Shown here piece by piece: positions 48,970-57,314 of a stretch of DNA of 64,000 bases. Numbering within the stretch: the stretch's first letter is position 1; the number at the start of each line of letters is the position of its first letter. The stretch lies in the NCBI GenBank assembly GCA_045612585.1, contig JAZKZI010000048.1, forward strand, positions 2,797-66,796. Reading direction: 5' to 3'. A model generated the notes under the pieces. That model was given only the letters and a program-made list of their open reading frames with translations. It was not told where the DNA came from and did no database searches. The position numbers were made by a program, and so were the translations under genes. The stretch comes from Christensenellaceae bacterium (GTDB lineage Bacteria; Bacillota; Clostridia; Christensenellales; Borkfalkiaceae).

Positions 48970-49019
48970 AGAAAAAACTATAAAAAAATATAAAATTATA
49001 TTATTTGGAGGACATTACA

Positions 49020-50042
49020 ATGTCAAAAGTAACTAAAGTTGCAATCAATGGTTTCGGTCGTATCGGCCGTCTTGCATTCAGACAAATGTTCGGTGCAGAA
49101 GGTTATGAAGTTGTTGCTATCAACGATTTAACAAGCCCAGAAATGCTCGCTCATTTATTAAAATACGATACAATGCAAGGTAATTACGTAGCACAAGGTC
49201 ACACAGTTGAATCAACAGAAGATTCAATCATCGTTGACGGAAAAGAAATTAAAATTTCTGCTGAAAAAGACGCTGCTAACTGCCCATGGGCTAAATACGA
49301 TGTTGATGTTGTTTTAGAATGCACAGGTTTCTATACAGCAAAAGCAAAAGCAGAAGCTCACATCACAGCAGGTGCTAAGAAAGTTGTTATTTCTGCTCCA
49401 GCAGGCAACGACCTTCCAACAATCGTTTACAACGTAAACCACAAGTCACTTACAAAGGAAGACACAATCATTTCAGCTGCATCTTGCACAACAAACTGTC
49501 TTGCTCCTATGGCTAAGGCTCTTAATGATTATGCTCCAATTCAATCTGGTATCATGACAACAGTTCACGCTTACACAGGCGACCAAATGATTCTTGATGG
49601 TCCACAAAGAAAGGGCGACAAGAGAAGAAGCCGTGCTGGTGCTATGAACATCGTTCCAAACTCAACAGGTGCTGCAAAAGCTATTGGTCTTGTTATCCCA
49701 GAACTCAACGGCAAGCTCATCGGTGCTGCTCAACGTGTTCCAACAGCAACAGGTTCAACAACAATCCTTATCGCTGTTGTTAAGGGCAAAGACGTTACTA
49801 AAGAAGGCATCAACGCTGCTATGAAGGCTCAAGCTACAGAATCTTTCGGCTACAACACAGATGAAATCGTTTCTTCAGACGTTATCGGTATGAGATACGG
49901 CTCACTCTTCGATGCTACACAAACAATGGTATCTAAGATTGATGACGACACATATCAAGTTCAAGTAGTTTCTTGGTATGACAACGAAAACTCATACACA
50001 AGCCAAATGGTTAGAACTATTAAATACTTCTCAGAAATCTAA
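49020..50042 (+). CDS. gap: Glyceraldehyde-3-phosphate dehydrogenase, type I
   Basis: INGFGRIGR and [10 protein letters not shown] motifs; SD GGAGG before the ATG at 49020. Confidence 0.97.
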   Translation: MSKVTKVAINGFGRIGRLAFRQMFGAEGYEVVAINDLTSPEMLAHLLKYDTMQGNYVAQGHTVESTEDSIIVDGKEIKISAEKDAANCPWAKYDVDVVLECTGFYTAKAKAEAHITAGAKKVVISAPAGNDLPTIVYNVNHKSLTKEDTIISAASCTTNCLAPMAKALNDYAPIQSGIMTTVHAYTGDQMILDGPQRKGDKRRSRAGAMNIVPNSTGAAKAIGLVIPELNGKLIGAAQRVPTATGSTTILIAVVKGKDVTKEGINAAMKAQATESFGYNTDEIVSSDVIGMRYGSLFDATQTMVSKIDDDTYQVQVVSWYDNENSYTSQMVRTIKYFSEI

Positions 50043-50058
50043 TTTTAAGACTAAAAAC

Positions 50059-50097
50059 AAAAACGCAAGGAAATATCCTTGCGTTTTTCTTTTTTTC
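50059..50097. terminator. Bidirectional terminator after gap
   Basis: aacgcaagg-aaatat-ccttgcgtt with an A-tract before and a long T-tract after. Confidence 0.85.
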
Positions 50098-50104
50098 GAA
50101 TATA

Positions 50105-50291
50105 AACGTCGTTATGCTTCGTTTCTGACTGCATTGCAGACTTCGATGACCAGCAAGGTCTATTTCACCCTGCAATTTGTCGAGCCTTGCCTAACTCGTT
50201 TCTATTCGCTTAAAATCATTTAGCAATCTAGCCTACTGCAACTCGCTTCTAACTGCTTAAAATATCTTTATTGTTGGTCACCAACGAACTT
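50105..50291. repeat. Second, shorter copy of the modular repeat element
   Basis: 50102-50215 aligns with 44879-44995; the right end 50270-50292 matches 45226-45248 at 19/23; imperfect TIR AACGTCGTT / AACGAACTT. Confidence 0.6.
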
Positions 50292-50726
50292 AATGTTAGT
50301 GCCCATTAAAGAAAAATACCAATACTTTTTATTAGTGTACTCATCTTCGTTTGACAGCAATAAATGTAATTCAAAACAATTATTACAGATATGATGTAAT
50401 TCAGCAAAATAAATGTATGTATCCTTTATTTTGAAATTTTCACGCTCTAAAATTTGATAATTTTCTATGAAAATATTAAAGGCACCGACATTTATAAAAT
50501 AATCTCTACCTTGTGAATATTCTCTTTGCACAAACTCATAAACAACATCATCAAGTATAAAATTATTCGATAAATAGTATTCGGCAGTTTCGGTTAATTG
50601 GTTTGCTTTTTGTGCATTACATTCAATTTCCCTTATCAGTTTATTTGCTTGCTTAAAATCTTTCGCATCATACAATTTTTTAACTAATTCGAGCTTTTCG
50701 GCCCACTCTTTTGTTAAAATTTTCAT
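50268..50726 (-). CDS. Hypothetical protein (N-terminus MKILTKEW... resembles DUF4085-type proteins, memory only)
   Basis: SD GGAGG 6 nt before the ATG at 50726; 152 aa; the last ~8 codons and the stop lie inside the repeat element. Confidence 0.6.
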   Translation of the reverse strand: MKILTKEWAEKLELVKKLYDAKDFKQANKLIREIECNAQKANQLTETAEYYLSNNFILDDVVYEFVQREYSQGRDYFINVGAFNIFIENYQILERENFKIKDTYIYFAELHHICNNCFELHLLLSNEDEYTNKKYWYFSLMGTNIKFVGDQQ

Positions 50727-50758
50727 AAAAAACCTCCATTTTATATGGTCTAACCAAA

Positions 50759-50828
50759 TGACCACCTATTATTTTATAAATAAAGCCTATACTTAATATA
50801 TAGGTGATTTATCTTATTGACCACCTAA
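50759..50828. promoter_or_regulatory. Repeated TGACCACCTA motif in the divergent promoter region
   Basis: Exact 10-mers at 50759-50768 and 50818-50827, an inverted TAGGTG at 50801-50806, and a third exact copy at 51337-51346. Confidence 0.5.
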
Positions 50829-50848
50829 ATAATTTTAGGAGTTTATAA

Positions 50849-51298
50849 TTGTCAATATCATTATCCTTTCAAAAAAGATTTAATTCGTTATTAGAAAGTT
50901 CAGATTATTCTCGTTCGGAGATAGCAAAACTTATTCCTTTAAGTCAAAGCACGCTTTCAAATGCATTAACTTATGGAATTGTGCCAAGCACCAAAACACT
51001 AATAAAAATTGCAGATTTCTTTGAAATATCTATAGAGTTACTTTTAGGAAAAAACGAGGTTGAAAATTTTATAAAATCTGCTAAAACCCCTCCTTTTCAA
51101 CAACGATTTGAAGAATTGTGTTATGAAAAAGGAGTTTCTCATTATAAAGTTGCTGGTGATTGTTGTTTTGACAAAAGCAATATTTCAAGGTGGATGAGCA
51201 AAGGTTTTTTGCCTGAATTAGAAATATTAGAATTGCTTTGCGACTATTTTAATGTTTCACTGGACTATCTTTTAGGTAGAACGGATTTTAAAAACTAA
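50849..51298 (+). CDS. Regulator with two tandem XRE-type HTH domains (TTG start)
   Basis: SD AGGAG 7 nt before the TTG at 50849; domain 1 FQKRFNSLLESSDYSRSEIAKLIPLSQSTLSN...; domain 2 FQQRFEELCYEKGVSHYKVAGDCCFDKSNISRW...SLDYLLG. Confidence 0.75.
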   Translation: MSISLSFQKRFNSLLESSDYSRSEIAKLIPLSQSTLSNALTYGIVPSTKTLIKIADFFEISIELLLGKNEVENFIKSAKTPPFQQRFEELCYEKGVSHYKVAGDCCFDKSNISRWMSKGFLPELEILELLCDYFNVSLDYLLGRTDFKN

Positions 51299-51369
51299 GC
51301 ATATTATAACACTTATTTATCGGTGGTGAAACTGATTGACCACCTAATATTTTACTAATTATGTCTTAT

Positions 51370-51389
51370 ATTGTCGATTATTGTCGAAA
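51370..51389. promoter_or_regulatory. Double TGTCGA direct-repeat motif (copy 2)
   Basis: ATTGTCGATTATTGTCGAAA; a further TTATTGTCGC lies at 51401-51410. Confidence 0.5.
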
Positions 51390-51491
51390 GTATATTATAA
51401 TTATTGTCGCATGCACAAGGTCTAATGGGATAAAATAAACAAAGTAAAGGTGAAAGTGTTGAATGTAAGCATAGATAGATAATAATAAAAT

Positions 51492-51519
51492 TAAAGGACT
51501 GCGAGAAGCAGTCCTTTTT
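51492..51519 (+). terminator. Plus-strand intrinsic terminator with no annotated gene immediately upstream
   Basis: ggactgc-gagaa-gcagtcc followed by T6. Confidence 0.7.
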
Positions 51520-51530
51520 TATATGTTGAA

Positions 51531-51563
51531 AAGCGCACTTGTTGCAGGTGCGTTTTTCTTTTT
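51531..51563. terminator. Hairpin with T-tracts on both strands (serves the minus-strand peptide gene)
   Basis: gcgcac...gtgcgt stem; T5cT5 on the plus strand, T4 on the minus strand. Confidence 0.6.
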
Positions 51564-51589
51564 ATCTGTTGTTTATCAAGCATATACCA

Positions 51590-51748
51590 TTAGCCATTGC
51601 AGTTGCAATTGTTATTATTGTTAAATAAGCCTATGCCGTTAGTCGTGCTAAGAAGGGCAAGTAGCAATAATAATTGCGTTGGGTTTATGCTGTTATTACA
51701 AGTGAGTAAAAATAGCAGTGCGATTAAAGTAAGATTATTTGAGTTCAT
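51590..51748 (-). CDS. Unannotated 52-aa hydrophobic, Asn/Cys-rich peptide
   Basis: Hand translation MNSNNLTLIALLFLLTCNNSINPTQLLLLLALLSTTNGIGLFNNNNNCNCNG*; SD AAAGGAGGA 7 nt before the ATG; terminator 37 nt after the stop. Below the ORF-track size cut-off. Confidence 0.5.
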   Translation of the reverse strand: MNSNNLTLIALLFLLTCNNSINPTQLLLLLALLSTTNGIGLFNNNNNCNCNG

Positions 51749-51887
51749 ACTAAATCCTCCTTTTATAATAAATTCGCTATTTTTCTATTATATGCGTGTA
51801 TTTATATAAAAATGTGCGAGAATATTTTTGTTAAAATATATGTGCAACTATTTATTATATGCTAAAAACAATAACAGGGGGAATATT

Positions 51888-52220
51888 ATGGAAGTATTAC
51901 TTGATAAAAGGCTTCAAACTTTAGTAAACGATTACGTGCCAGAAGGCGAAATTTTAGATGACCTTGTGTGTTTCTTTTCAATGTTTTCAGATTATACACG
52001 GCTTAAAATCATATCTGCACTTGCTATTAGCGAAATGTGTGTAAGCGACCTATCGGCTTTGTTAGAATTAAATCAAACCACTGTATCGCATCAGCTAAGG
52101 CTTCTTAAAAACTTAAACGCTGTGACAACAAGAAGACAGGGCAAAGTTGTATTTTATTCGCTTAGAAATGACACTTTAAATGACGTTCTTTTAAAAGGAG
52201 TGGAGTTTTTGGGGTATTAA
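51888..52220 (+). CDS. ArsR/SmtB-family metalloregulator
   Basis: FSMFSDYTRLKIISALAISEMCVSDLSALLELNQTTVSHQLRLLK (wHTH, ELCVCDL-like site); SD AGGGGGA before the ATG at 51888. Confidence 0.85.
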   Translation: MEVLLDKRLQTLVNDYVPEGEILDDLVCFFSMFSDYTRLKIISALAISEMCVSDLSALLELNQTTVSHQLRLLKNLNAVTTRRQGKVVFYSLRNDTLNDVLLKGVEFLGY

Positions 52221-52241
52221 CTACTTGTAAATTATTTTAAA

Positions 52242-54077
52242 ATGGTTTATAATAAAAGGGTGGATATTATTAGAGAAAAATTAAAACATCTTCCCGAAAA
52301 TCCCGGTGTTTACGTTATGCAAGACGGCGCTGGGCAAGTTATATACGTTGGCAAGGCAAAAAACCTTAAAAACAGGGTAAGGCAATATTTTCAAGCAAGT
52401 GTCAAAACCGACAAGGTTATGGCAATGGTTAGCAACGTCAAAGATTTTTATTATATCATTGCACCAACCGAAATTGATGCACTTTCCTTAGAGAACAACC
52501 TTATAAAAAAATATAAACCAAGATATAACATTTTACTTAAAGACGATAAAACTTATCCATATCTAAAAATTGACTTAAAAGAAAACTTTCCTACCTTTAC
52601 AATCACTCGTAAAATCAAAAAGGACGGCGCTAAATATTTTGGGCCGTTTATGGGTGGCGTGAGTGTAAGAGACGTTTTAGAAATTATAAACCTAGCATTT
52701 GGCGTTAGGCCTTGCACTAAAAAACTAACAAAGCCTATAAAAGAATGCTTAAACTTTCACATAAAAAAGTGCATTGCACCTTGCACGGGGCTAGTTAGTC
52801 ACGATGAGTATATGGAAAAGGTTAACAGGGCAATAGACTTTTTATCTGGAGATATGTCTTTTACCGAAAATCTATTAAAGGAAAAGATGATTCTCGCCAG
52901 CCAAAAAGAAGAATTTGAGCTTGCTCTTAAATATAGAGATAAACTATTCAGTTTAGAAAAAATCAAACAAAAAAGAATAACTTCTCTCAACAAATTCTTA
53001 AATGCCGATATCATTGGTTATAAAACAAACGATATTTATAGCACTATAAGTTTGCTTGTCGTTAGAAATGGCAGAATGCTTGGCGTTAAAAACTTTTCCT
53101 TTTCATATTTTGGGCAAAGTGACGGCGATTTTTTAAGAGAATTTATTTTAAGATATTATAAAAACGGTGTGGAAATACCCGATGAAATTATAAGTTCTAT
53201 AGAAATTTCTGACGGCGACATTTTAGAAAAATATTTTAAGCAAGACTTTAATAAGTCTGTCAGCATTTTAGCTGTTCGTCAAGGTATAAGAAAGCAACTT
53301 TCAGACATGGCAGAAGCAAATGCTTTAGAGCATTTACAAACGGCAACAAATAAGATAGAGCATAAAAACGATATGACCATAAATGCTTGCAGGAGTTTGA
53401 TGCAAAAGCTAAACCTTAAAAACTATCCAAGGCGTATGGAGTGCTATGACATTTCAAACATAAGTGGTGTGGATAAAGTGGGGAGCATGGTTGTATTCAT
53501 CGATGGTGAAAAAGACCTTGATTCTTATCGCAGGTTTAAGATAAAAACGGTTGAAGGGGCAGACGACTTTAAGAGCCATCAAGAAATGATGAGAAGAAGG
53601 CTTATAAGACTTAAAACGGATAGCGAAAAGTTTCCAAAGCCAGACCTTATTATAATTGATGGTGGCAAAGGTCAACTCTCTAGCATAAAACAAGTTTTTG
53701 ATGAGTTTGAAATAACAGATATAGACTTAATAGCCCTTGCCGAGCGTGAAGAAGAAATTTTTGTTTTAGATAGAAAAGAGCCTATTATTTTAGAAAAGCG
53801 TGATTATTGCTTGCAAATGTTGCAAAGAATAAGAGATGAGGCGCATAGATTTGCAATTAATTATCATCGAAGTTTAAGGGGCAAAAGGGCGCTTTCTTCT
53901 GTGCTTGACTCGGTTAAAGGTTTGGGCAAGGTTAAAAGGCAAGCACTTTTATTGCAGTTTAAAGATTTAAGTGGAATTATAGGGGCAACTATTGAGCAAC
54001 TTACGTCGGTTAAAGGAATAGGCGAAAAACAAGCTCAGTTAATAATAGATGTGCTTACAAAGGAAGGACTAAGGTGA
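52242..54077 (+). CDS. uvrC: Excinuclease ABC subunit C
   Basis: GIY-YIG N-terminus (PGVYVMQD...IYVGKAKNLKNRV), UvrBC domain and C-terminal HhH2. Confidence 0.95.
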   Translation: MVYNKRVDIIREKLKHLPENPGVYVMQDGAGQVIYVGKAKNLKNRVRQYFQASVKTDKVMAMVSNVKDFYYIIAPTEIDALSLENNLIKKYKPRYNILLKDDKTYPYLKIDLKENFPTFTITRKIKKDGAKYFGPFMGGVSVRDVLEIINLAFGVRPCTKKLTKPIKECLNFHIKKCIAPCTGLVSHDEYMEKVNRAIDFLSGDMSFTENLLKEKMILASQKEEFELALKYRDKLFSLEKIKQKRITSLNKFLNADIIGYKTNDIYSTISLLVVRNGRMLGVKNFSFSYFGQSDGDFLREFILRYYKNGVEIPDEIISSIEISDGDILEKYFKQDFNKSVSILAVRQGIRKQLSDMAEANALEHLQTATNKIEHKNDMTINACRSLMQKLNLKNYPRRMECYDISNISGVDKVGSMVVFIDGEKDLDSYRRFKIKTVEGADDFKSHQEMMRRRLIRLKTDSEKFPKPDLIIIDGGKGQLSSIKQVFDEFEITDIDLIALAEREEEIFVLDRKEPIILEKRDYCLQMLQRIRDEAHRFAINYHRSLRGKRALSSVLDSVKGLGKVKRQALLLQFKDLSGIIGATIEQLTSVKGIGEKQAQLIIDVLTKEGLR

Positions 54078-54892
54078 AATACAAATTAGTTATAAGCGAT
54101 TATGATGGCACGTTAGGTGGTGCGCCATTAAATAATATTGATGAAGAAACGCTTGTCAAAATAAAAAAGTTCCAAGAAAAGGGTGGCAAGTTTGTTCTTT
54201 GTACGGGCAGAATGTTTAGTTCGGCTCAAAGAATTTGTTTAGACGCAGGCTTAAGTGGTCTATGCGTGTCATTTCAAGGCGCAATGATAAAAGATATAGA
54301 AAGTGGCACTGCTCTTTTAGAAGGTGGACTTTTGCCAAAAGATGCAAGCGAAGTGGTGGAAAAATTTGTTTGTGATGATACTTTGGCGCTTGCTTATATA
54401 GGTGAAAAGTTATATTATCAACCAAACGAAAAATATGCCGAGTATATTAAAATTTATGCAAGTGCATTAAAGACCGAAGTTTACGCCGTTTTTGATTTAG
54501 CAAAGGAAATTTTAAGCCAAAACAAAATGGTAAGCAAAATGTGCGCTTTATGTGAGCCTGAAAAAGTTTTAACGCTTATGGGAAAATATAATGGCGAGTA
54601 TAATAAAACGGACATTATGTTTAATTCGGGTGCAAAATATCTACTCGAGTGTATCAATAAAAAATATAACAAGGGCGAAGCTGTAAAATTTTTAGCAAAG
54701 CATTATAATGTTCCACTAAACCAAGTGTTGACCGTGGGGGATAGCACCAACGATATTCCACTAATTAGTGGAGAGTGGCACGGCGTTGCCGTTGGCGATG
54801 CAAGTGAAAAACTTAAAAGCATTGCTAAAGAAGTGACCGTTGACTTTAAGGATAAGCCTGTAAAACATTTATTAGAAAAATATTGTTTATAA
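54074..54892 (+). CDS. Cof-type HAD-IIB phosphatase
   Basis: SDYDGTL motif I, GDSTNDIPL motif; 4-nt overlap with uvrC. Confidence 0.85.
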   Translation: MKYKLVISDYDGTLGGAPLNNIDEETLVKIKKFQEKGGKFVLCTGRMFSSAQRICLDAGLSGLCVSFQGAMIKDIESGTALLEGGLLPKDASEVVEKFVCDDTLALAYIGEKLYYQPNEKYAEYIKIYASALKTEVYAVFDLAKEILSQNKMVSKMCALCEPEKVLTLMGKYNGEYNKTDIMFNSGAKYLLECINKKYNKGEAVKFLAKHYNVPLNQVLTVGDSTNDIPLISGEWHGVAVGDASEKLKSIAKEVTVDFKDKPVKHLLEKYCL

Positions 54893-54929
54893 ATAGATTA
54901 CATAAAGAAAAACATAAGAAAGGAAGATT

Positions 54930-57305
54930 ATGGAAGAACAAATACAAGTAGTTTTAAGCGAAGATAATCAACAAGAAATTGAAAATAAAGAAAAACTAAT
55001 TGATGAGCAAAATGAATATCCATTGGTGGCGTTAAGGGGCAAATCCCTTTTTCCTAAAACACTTCTTAACTTTGAAGTGGGCAGAATAGCATCGATAAAC
55101 GCTGTAAATATGGCAGTGTCAAGAGATTCTAAAATCGTTATCGCCCCACAAAAAAATGCTTTTATAGAAAATCCAAAAAAGAGCGAAATTTTAAAAGTGG
55201 GCGTGCTTGCACATATTAAACAAGTTATTAAAGGGCAAGGTGCGTCACTTAAAATTAGCGTTCAAGCACTAAGCAGAGTAAAAATAACAAGTTTTACAAA
55301 CGACAAGGGATATTTTGCCGTTAAAGTTATAGACAACCCTTATATCCCTATTGAAGAAGGGGCTATTCACGAAGCATATTTAAGGGTGCTTAAAAATGTA
55401 TTCGCAGAGTATGCGTTGCTTGGCAAGGGAATAAACAAAGACGTTTTGGGGCTTTTTGCAAGCATAACCGACGTAAACGAATATATAGATAACGCTTTAT
55501 CAACGGCACCACTAAACGATAAAGACGTGCAAAAGATTTTAGAGATAGATAGCACTGAAAAGAGGGCTATCGAATTTGAAAAACTATTCAAAAACGAAAT
55601 AGAAATTGCTAAAATAGAGCGTAAAATAACGTCTAAAGTTCGCACAAGCATTGATAAAAGCCAAAAAGAGTTTTATCTTAGAGAGCAACTTAAAGCTATT
55701 CACGATGAACTTGGTGATGACCTTGACGAACTTGAACAACTTAAAAACGTTATCAAAGAAAAAGGATTGCCAAAGGACATTGAAGACAAGGCGTTAAAAG
55801 AAATTGCAAGGCTTGATAAAATCAATCCATCTTCACCAGATTATTCAATAATCTTAAATTATCTTGATTGGATTAAGGAATTGCCATTTAACTTTAGCAC
55901 AAGCGACACTGCCGACTTAAAAAAGGCAATGGAAATTTTAAATAAAGACCATTTTGGCTTAGAAAAAGTTAAGCAAAGAATAATAGAATATCTTGCAGTT
56001 TTACAATTAACAAAGAAGATTAAAGGACCTATCTTGTGCTTTGTTGGGCCACCGGGGGTAGGTAAAACTTCGGTTGCAACTTCAATTGCAAGGGCACTTA
56101 ACAGAAAGTTTGTAAGAATGAGTTTGGGTGGCGTTAAAGACGAGTCTGAAATCAGGGGACACAGAAGAACTTACGTTGGGGCTATGCCGGGCAGAATTAT
56201 TTTCGGCTTAAAAAATGCAGGCTCTAATAACCCAGTGTTTTTGCTTGATGAAATTGATAAACTATCTTCTGACATACACGGAGACCCTGCAAGTGCGCTT
56301 TTAGAAGTTTTGGACCCAGAGCAAAACACAACTTTTAGAGATAGGTATTTAGAAGTTCCTTTTGACCTATCTAAAGTTATGTTTATAACGACAGCAAACT
56401 CGCTTGACACTATTCCTTATCCACTTCTTGATAGAATGGAAGTAATAGAAATTTCGGGCTATACAAAAGAAGAAAAATTGCAAATTGCAAAGCAATATTT
56501 AATTCCAAAGCAACTTGAAAACAACGGCTTAACAAAGAAAAATATTGCATTTACCGATGAGGGTATTGAAGAAATTATAACGGGTTATACTGCCGAAGCC
56601 GGCGTTAGAAACTTAGAGCGTGAAATTGCAAGCGTGGTTAGAAAAGTTGCAACTTTAGTTGCACAAAAACCTAAACTTAAAAAGCAAATTATTGATGCAC
56701 AACAAGTTAACCAACTTCTTGGCATTAAAAAGCACGCAAGAGATATGGCACTTGAAAATGACGAAGTGGGCGCAGCAACAGGGCTTGCGTGGACAAGTGT
56801 GGGTGGAACGACTTTAACAATAGAAGTTTCCTTAATGCAAGGCAAGGGCGAAATTGTTTTAACAGGTAAGCTTGGCGACGTTATGAAGGAATCTGCAAGG
56901 GCGGCAATCAGTTATATCAGGGCTAATGCAGAAAAGTATAACATTGATAATTCTAGGTTTGAAAAAACCGATATTCACATTCACGTTCCAGAAGGTGCAA
57001 CTCCAAAAGACGGGCCTAGTGCAGGCATAACAATGGCAACGGCAATACTTTCGGCATTTACTGAAAAAGCTGTTAAAAAGACTGTTGCAATGACGGGTGA
57101 AATAACTTTAAGGGGCAAAGTATTGGCAATCGGTGGACTTAAAGAAAAGGCACTTGCTGCTTATAGGCTTGGAATAACAAACATTATAATTCCAAAAGAT
57201 AACCAAAAAGACCTTGTGGATATTCCAAAAGAAATACGAGAAAAAATTGAGTTTATTGCTGTAGAAAACATAGATGAAGTATTTGAAAAAGCAATAAATT
57301 TTTAA
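54930..57305 (+). CDS. lon: ATP-dependent Lon protease (LonA)
   Basis: GPPGVGKTS, the proteolytic PKDGPSAGITMATA serine site, and the Lon N-domain. Confidence 0.97.
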   Translation: MEEQIQVVLSEDNQQEIENKEKLIDEQNEYPLVALRGKSLFPKTLLNFEVGRIASINAVNMAVSRDSKIVIAPQKNAFIENPKKSEILKVGVLAHIKQVIKGQGASLKISVQALSRVKITSFTNDKGYFAVKVIDNPYIPIEEGAIHEAYLRVLKNVFAEYALLGKGINKDVLGLFASITDVNEYIDNALSTAPLNDKDVQKILEIDSTEKRAIEFEKLFKNEIEIAKIERKITSKVRTSIDKSQKEFYLREQLKAIHDELGDDLDELEQLKNVIKEKGLPKDIEDKALKEIARLDKINPSSPDYSIILNYLDWIKELPFNFSTSDTADLKKAMEILNKDHFGLEKVKQRIIEYLAVLQLTKKIKGPILCFVGPPGVGKTSVATSIARALNRKFVRMSLGGVKDESEIRGHRRTYVGAMPGRIIFGLKNAGSNNPVFLLDEIDKLSSDIHGDPASALLEVLDPEQNTTFRDRYLEVPFDLSKVMFITTANSLDTIPYPLLDRMEVIEISGYTKEEKLQIAKQYLIPKQLENNGLTKKNIAFTDEGIEEIITGYTAEAGVRNLEREIASVVRKVATLVAQKPKLKKQIIDAQQVNQLLGIKKHARDMALENDEVGAATGLAWTSVGGTTLTIEVSLMQGKGEIVLTGKLGDVMKESARAAISYIRANAEKYNIDNSRFEKTDIHIHVPEGATPKDGPSAGITMATAILSAFTEKAVKKTVAMTGEITLRGKVLAIGGLKEKALAAYRLGITNIIIPKDNQKDLVDIPKEIREKIEFIAVENIDEVFEKAINF

Positions 57306-57314
57306 AGGAAAATT

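Noticed and set aside
49978-50223. 81-aa plus-strand ORF running from the gap 3' end through the terminator and repeat
   Set aside because: It is out of frame with gap, crosses a strong terminator, and the homologous groEL-side sequence contains stops in the same frame.
50181-50726. Type III toxin-antitoxin (tandem RNA repeats plus ~150-aa protein)
   Set aside because: The repeats lie downstream of the gene on its own strand, not upstream with an intervening terminator as in ToxIN-like systems. There are only two imperfect units, and the protein shows no ToxN/AbiQ-like features I can recognise.
51361-51438. 25-codon plus-strand ORF MSYIVDYCRKYIIIIVACTRSNGIK overlapping the TGTCGA motifs
   Set aside because: It has no SD, and its sequence is dictated by the repeated DNA motif. 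A regulatory DNA or RNA role is more plausible.
51597-51809. 70-aa plus-strand ORF in the track
   Set aside because: It has no SD and a TTG start. It is antisense to the minus-strand peptide ORF, which has a near-perfect SD and its own terminator.
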